From: Escherichia phage OLB35
DNA length: 64,000 bases
Sequence record: MH992122.1
Direction: 5' to 3' (one strand)
The notes beneath the pieces are model-generated. The model saw nothing but the letters and a program-made list of their open reading frames with translations, did no database searches and was not told the DNA's origin. Positions 60,729 to 64,000 of this stretch are shown here, in pieces. The translations under genes and the position numbers were made by a program. Within the stretch, counting starts at the first letter, position 1, and each line of letters starts with the position of its first letter.

Positions 60729-60874
60729 TACTCGCCTTTTAATACGTTAAAAAGAGCTAAGACCGCTAAGGTGCCTTGTGATACGGCCTGTTGAAATACT
60801 GTTGTTTCGCCTGTAACTAAAGTACTAACGAATAAAAACGACCAACACAGTAATGCAATAATCCATGTTACCAT
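60728..60874 (-). CDS. small hydrophobic membrane peptide, 48 aa (MVTWIIALLCWSFLFVSTLVTG...)
   Basis: Below track threshold; hand-translated; stop overlaps ATG of the next small ORF (TAATGA). Confidence 0.45.
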   Translation of the reverse strand: MVTWIIALLCWSFLFVSTLVTGETTVFQQAVSQGTLAVLALFNVLKGE

Positions 60875-60925
60875 TTTATTACCTCACAAATAAATTAAAG
60901 GTCTAACTTAATAGGCCCGTATAAA

Positions 60926-61372
60926 TTAGTAACTCTGCAGAATGAATTTGAAATTATCTGCCAGAAGACGGTTCATTTCAGTGAGTGTTTGATATTCTGA
61001 TGTATGATTGCGAGTGAATGCCAGAGCCAATTGTCCTTTACCATAACCAGTAGTCAGTGGTTTCATGTTCTTAGCTGCAACAAAGATTACGTCATATTCA
61101 ATATTGTTAGTGCCCATGGTACGGGCTAGTTGCGAACGGCCTTGACGAATGTGAGAAAGAATTGCATCCAACCCTTGTTTAGAACGTTGACGTCCTACAA
61201 AAAATCGTGCTGCTACTTGTCGCCAATCAGATGAACCTTTAACAAAGAAGTAAAAACCTTCACGAGAACGAAACTCTTTAGAAACTTCGGAACCGTATTC
61301 GCCATTACGAACTACTGCAACAACTTCACCGCCAACTGCCAGAAGGTCTTTACGAGTTAAATATTTAGACAT
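60926..61372 (-). CDS. ndd: nucleoid disruption protein Ndd
   Basis: 148 aa; blocks RFxVGxQRSKQG, SHIRQxRSQLART, [22 protein letters not shown], EMNRxLADNFKF match remembered T4 Ndd. Confidence 0.85.
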   Translation of the reverse strand: MSKYLTRKDLLAVGGEVVAVVRNGEYGSEVSKEFRSREGFYFFVKGSSDWRQVAARFFVGRQRSKQGLDAILSHIRQGRSQLARTMGTNNIEYDVIFVAAKNMKPLTTGYGKGQLALAFTRNHTSEYQTLTEMNRLLADNFKFILQSY

Positions 61373-61416
61373 GCTAATTTCCTCAATTGATTAATGTTTT
61401 TGTAATCCATGAGAGC

Positions 61417-61446
61417 ATTATACTCTGCTCTCAAGAGTTTGTACAA
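61417..61446 (-). promoter_or_regulatory. early promoter for ndd with palindrome across the -10 element
   Basis: Reverse strand GTTTGTACAA-type -35 variant, 18 nt, TATAAT within AGAGCA..TGCTCT palindrome; close copy of the 31767 promoter. Confidence 0.45.
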
Positions 61447-61448
61447 TT

Positions 61449-61649
61449 TTATTCGGCCATATCAGAACGTTCAAAAAGCTCTTCAACGGTTAAACATTCG
61501 GTGTCATCCTCAATAAAGAATCGGGTCCAACACGTTGGGGCGATGCAGTTATGAGTTTGTCCGGCTATAGAAGCTACACGAATAAGCTGCTGGCCATTAT
61601 TCAGGACAAATTTTTCACCAATTTCAACATCTTTAAAAAGCTTAGCCAT
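61449..61649 (-). CDS. hypothetical protein
   Basis: 66 aa ORF with early promoter upstream. Confidence 0.45.
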   Translation of the reverse strand: MAKLFKDVEIGEKFVLNNGQQLIRVASIAGQTHNCIAPTCWTRFFIEDDTECLTVEELFERSDMAE

Positions 61650-61666
61650 TTTGTGTTCCTCATGTT

Positions 61667-61729
61667 TTGATAAGACTACTATATCATAGTCCTATTTAGT
61701 TGTAAACACTTTTTATGGAATTAAAGATG
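61667..61729 (-). repeat. direct repeat copy A of an early promoter region
   Basis: 63 bp, about 95 percent identical to 62179..62241. Confidence 0.65.
61678..61707 (-). promoter_or_regulatory. T4-type early promoter (repeat copy A)
   Basis: Reverse strand GTTTACA, 18 nt, TATAGT. Confidence 0.5.
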
Positions 61730-61899
61730 TTAAAGCCAACCATGTTCCAGTGAACGAACATGCAATGTAAAAACCAGTATCACAAATTGTTCTTAGTACA
61801 ATAAGAAGTGCATTTTTCATAAGTACCTCAATGCAATTGAAAATATTATACAAATCATAGGGATACTAAGCAACCATATTCCAATCCACATTTTAGAGC

Positions 61900-62163
61900 T
61901 CATATCTCAACTTCCGCGAGTTCCATATATCCTTTGTTGATAACCTCTTTAAGGTCTTTAGAAAGAATAACACCAAAATGGTCATTCATATGTCCATTAA
62001 CTAAACGAGTTATTTCGGCTTCGGATGACATATAAGGCACGTCTGAGTCCCAATGAGATAGACCTAAATGAGTATAAATCATCCCTTCGTCATCTGCAGT
62101 GTTGTACATTGAAACAAACTCACCAGTCACTTTATGTTTTGCGTAGAAAAATTTAAATTTCAT
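61900..62163 (-). CDS. hypothetical protein
   Basis: 87 aa ORF with near-identical copy of the same early promoter. Confidence 0.45.
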   Translation of the reverse strand: MKFKFFYAKHKVTGEFVSMYNTADDEGMIYTHLGLSHWDSDVPYMSSEAEITRLVNGHMNDHFGVILSKDLKEVINKGYMELAEVEI

Positions 62164-62178
62164 GATGTTATCCTCTTT

Positions 62179-62241
62179 TAGATAGGACTACTATATCATA
62201 GTCCTACTTAGTTGTAAACACTTTTTATGGAATTAAAGATG
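62179..62241 (-). repeat. direct repeat copy B of an early promoter region
   Basis: 63 bp, about 95 percent identical to 61667..61729. Confidence 0.65.
62190..62219 (-). promoter_or_regulatory. T4-type early promoter (repeat copy B)
   Basis: Near-identical to copy A. Confidence 0.5.
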
Positions 62242-62266
62242 AAGATACCAACCGTTGTAGTTGCTC

Positions 62267-62842
62267 TTACGAACGATTTTCTTTAGGTCTTACGAACTTT
62301 ATAGAATAAGAGAAGACGTCAGGTGAGGTTTCTTTGACATTCAATATAATAATACAGTCTGCAACTCGATGATTCAGGAAGGGCCCTATGTTGATTCCGT
62401 TGCCACCCGGATAATCACCACTGTATCCTGTGGTAACAGAAATCCATTTAGAATCCATCTGATGTGTCTTGACTTCTACACGAATTCCACAATATTTAGG
62501 ATGGGCTAACACGTCCCACGCATATGTGTACGGGTCTTCAAGGTCTTCGTTACCGCCATTGACATACCCATCAAGCCAATTTGCTACTACATACTCTGCA
62601 AAGACTGCAACCTTACAACGTCGAACTACGTCTTCTTTTATTTGACCTGGATCTTGTTTCAACGAGTACCGAGCAGTGTCAGCAATCTTCACCTTCATTT
62701 CACTAGTCAAAAACTCATTCGACAGGATAAATGTCGGAAGACTCTTCAGTCTCAACAACCCCAAGTTCGTCTTTACCATAGATACCTCTGATGTGTAGTT
62801 CACCAAAATAAATGCGGTCACCTTCTTCAAGATATTCAGCAT
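62267..62842 (-). CDS. possible endonuclease IV (DenB-like) by position; start uncertain
   Basis: 191 aa ORF downstream of rIIB where T4 carries denB; overlaps the next ORF in another frame; identity not verified. Confidence 0.45.
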   Translation of the reverse strand: MLNILKKVTAFILVNYTSEVSMVKTNLGLLRLKSLPTFILSNEFLTSEMKVKIADTARYSLKQDPGQIKEDVVRRCKVAVFAEYVVANWLDGYVNGGNEDLEDPYTYAWDVLAHPKYCGIRVEVKTHQMDSKWISVTTGYSGDYPGGNGINIGPFLNHRVADCIIILNVKETSPDVFSYSIKFVRPKENRS

Positions 62843-63002
62843 CTACAGGTGGAATTTCAATAACAACTTCGTCACATTCTAACCAGCCGTAGTGTGCATC
62901 ACCAGGATGTTTTACTAATTTAGCACAATAAACTGATTTACACTTATGATGACCGCGAAGATTAGCAATTTTGGATTCTGATACGTCAAATGGATGAATC
63001 AT
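62715..63002 (-). CDS. hypothetical protein; start uncertain
   Basis: Track ORF reaches 63041 but that overlaps the rIIB terminator hairpin; internal start MIHPFDV.. more plausible; overlaps the DenB-like ORF. Confidence 0.3.
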   Translation of the reverse strand: MIHPFDVSESKIANLRGHHKCKSVYCAKLVKHPGDAHYGWLECDEVVIEIPPVDAEYLEEGDRIYFGELHIRGIYGKDELGVVETEESSDIYPVE

Positions 63003-63023
63003 AATTACCCCTAAAGAAAAAAA

Positions 63024-63039
63024 GGGGACCGAAGTCCCC
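63024..63039 (-). terminator. terminator hairpin GGGGAC-(UUCG)-GUCCCC after rIIB
   Basis: 5 nt downstream of the rIIB stop, followed by T-run on the transcribed strand. Confidence 0.7.
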
Positions 63040-63044
63040 AATTA

Positions 63045-63980
63045 TTATTCTGCAAATAATTCAGTAACGTCTGAAATTACTTCATAACGACAAGTACGCA
63101 TCTTAGCATCACCATAGTCAACTGGGATGGATACAACATCACGTGGATGAACTTTAACCTTCACAACTTTATCTGAGCTTGAACCAAAGTGGCGAATATA
63201 AGATTTAGCACAAACGTGGAGACCGCGAGAACAGGTTTGAGTATCATCGTCGTTAACTCGAGTACGAGGCATTGAAACAACTTTACCTGGGGAGTTATCA
63301 AATGTACCACTATAGCAGTCTAAATAGTCCTTACGAACTACTTTCCACGCATAGAAATACCCATCTTCAGTGATTTCAATATCGTTTGCAACCAAGAAGT
63401 CGAATAAACGTTGTACAGCTTTTTCGCTTGGGTTTTCTAACAGGTTTTCAAGGAACGGCAGATAGAATTTAAAGTCTTCGCCTTTTTCCATGGAATCAAT
63501 AATACGATTAACCAGTCCTGAACGAATTTCTATACCTTGATAAAATAAACTACCACCTTCAATAGTAACATTACCGTCAACAAACTTAGTAATAGCTTTC
63601 TTGATGTTAATAAGTTCGACAGCTTTACTAAGGTTTCCTGCGACCAGATTAGCTTTAATTTCTTCAAAATTTGCATGACTTGATGGGGTCGCATTGTATG
63701 CTACGCGTCCTTCAATGATTGAAATAAATTTAGATGATGCGTTCCATACGATTTCTGGACGATGTCCGCCGATAATAGGTTCATTATTTTCTTGGACTTG
63801 TTCTTCGTCTTCAAATTCAGCGGCTTTCTCTTCAGCTTTAAAATTCTTAACAATCTTACGAAGAGTGTCAGTGGAAATATTGAAGTAATCAGCAATTTCC
63901 CGACGGGTCCATTGGCCTGATTTAACCAGATCGTAAGCTTCTAACTGTTCTTCTTGAGACAAGCATTTAATATTGTACAT
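63045..63980 (-). CDS. rIIB: rIIB membrane-associated lysis inhibition protein
   Basis: 311 aa; long identity to remembered T4 rIIB (MYNIKCL...SRLFDFLVANDIEITEDGYFYAWKVV...DDDTQTCSRGLHVC.KSYIRHFGSS). Confidence 0.95.
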   Translation of the reverse strand: MYNIKCLSQEEQLEAYDLVKSGQWTRREIADYFNISTDTLRKIVKNFKAEEKAAEFEDEEQVQENNEPIIGGHRPEIVWNASSKFISIIEGRVAYNATPSSHANFEEIKANLVAGNLSKAVELINIKKAITKFVDGNVTIEGGSLFYQGIEIRSGLVNRIIDSMEKGEDFKFYLPFLENLLENPSEKAVQRLFDFLVANDIEITEDGYFYAWKVVRKDYLDCYSGTFDNSPGKVVSMPRTRVNDDDTQTCSRGLHVCAKSYIRHFGSSSDKVVKVKVHPRDVVSIPVDYGDAKMRTCRYEVISDVTELFAE

Positions 63981-64000
63981 AATGTTTCCATAATGTTTCC

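Overview
The window is a T4-like (T-even, Tevenvirinae) myovirus segment, largely syntenic with phage T4 from gene 67 to rIIB. All identifications rest on reading the supplied translations and sequence against remembered T4 protein families and motifs; no database search was run. Gene order: head module (67 C-terminus, 68, 21, 22, 23, 24), rnlB, hoc (interrupted), inh, uvsW, uvsW.1, uvsY, baseplate genes 25, 26, 51, 27, 28, 29, 48, 54, alt ADP-ribosyltransferase, DNA ligase 30 and a 30.x early block, rIII, 31, cd, pseT, spanin pair, alc, rnlA, denA, nrdB, nrdA, td, frd, 32, 59, 33, dsbA, rnh, long tail fibre genes 34 to 37 with a T2-type gp38 adhesin, holin t, asiA, motA, 52, ndd, a denB-like ORF and rIIB. 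Regulatory signals are dense: TATAAATA late promoters, GTTTAC-type early promoters, one MotA-box middle promoter and a family of GC-rich UUCG-tetraloop terminator hairpins. The most notable departures from the T4 reference are a catalytically intact class I DAHP synthase next to cd, a GIY-YIG homing endonuclease between genes 59 and 33, hoc broken by an in-frame stop inside a short out-of-frame stretch, a gp37 with a C-terminal intramolecular chaperone domain, intronless td and nrdB, unfamiliar small ORFs at the 23/24 and frd/td junctions, and duplicated promoter cassettes. Many small early ORFs are hypothetical. Hand-counted coordinates for short motifs are anchored to ORF-track starts and stops and may be off by a few bases.
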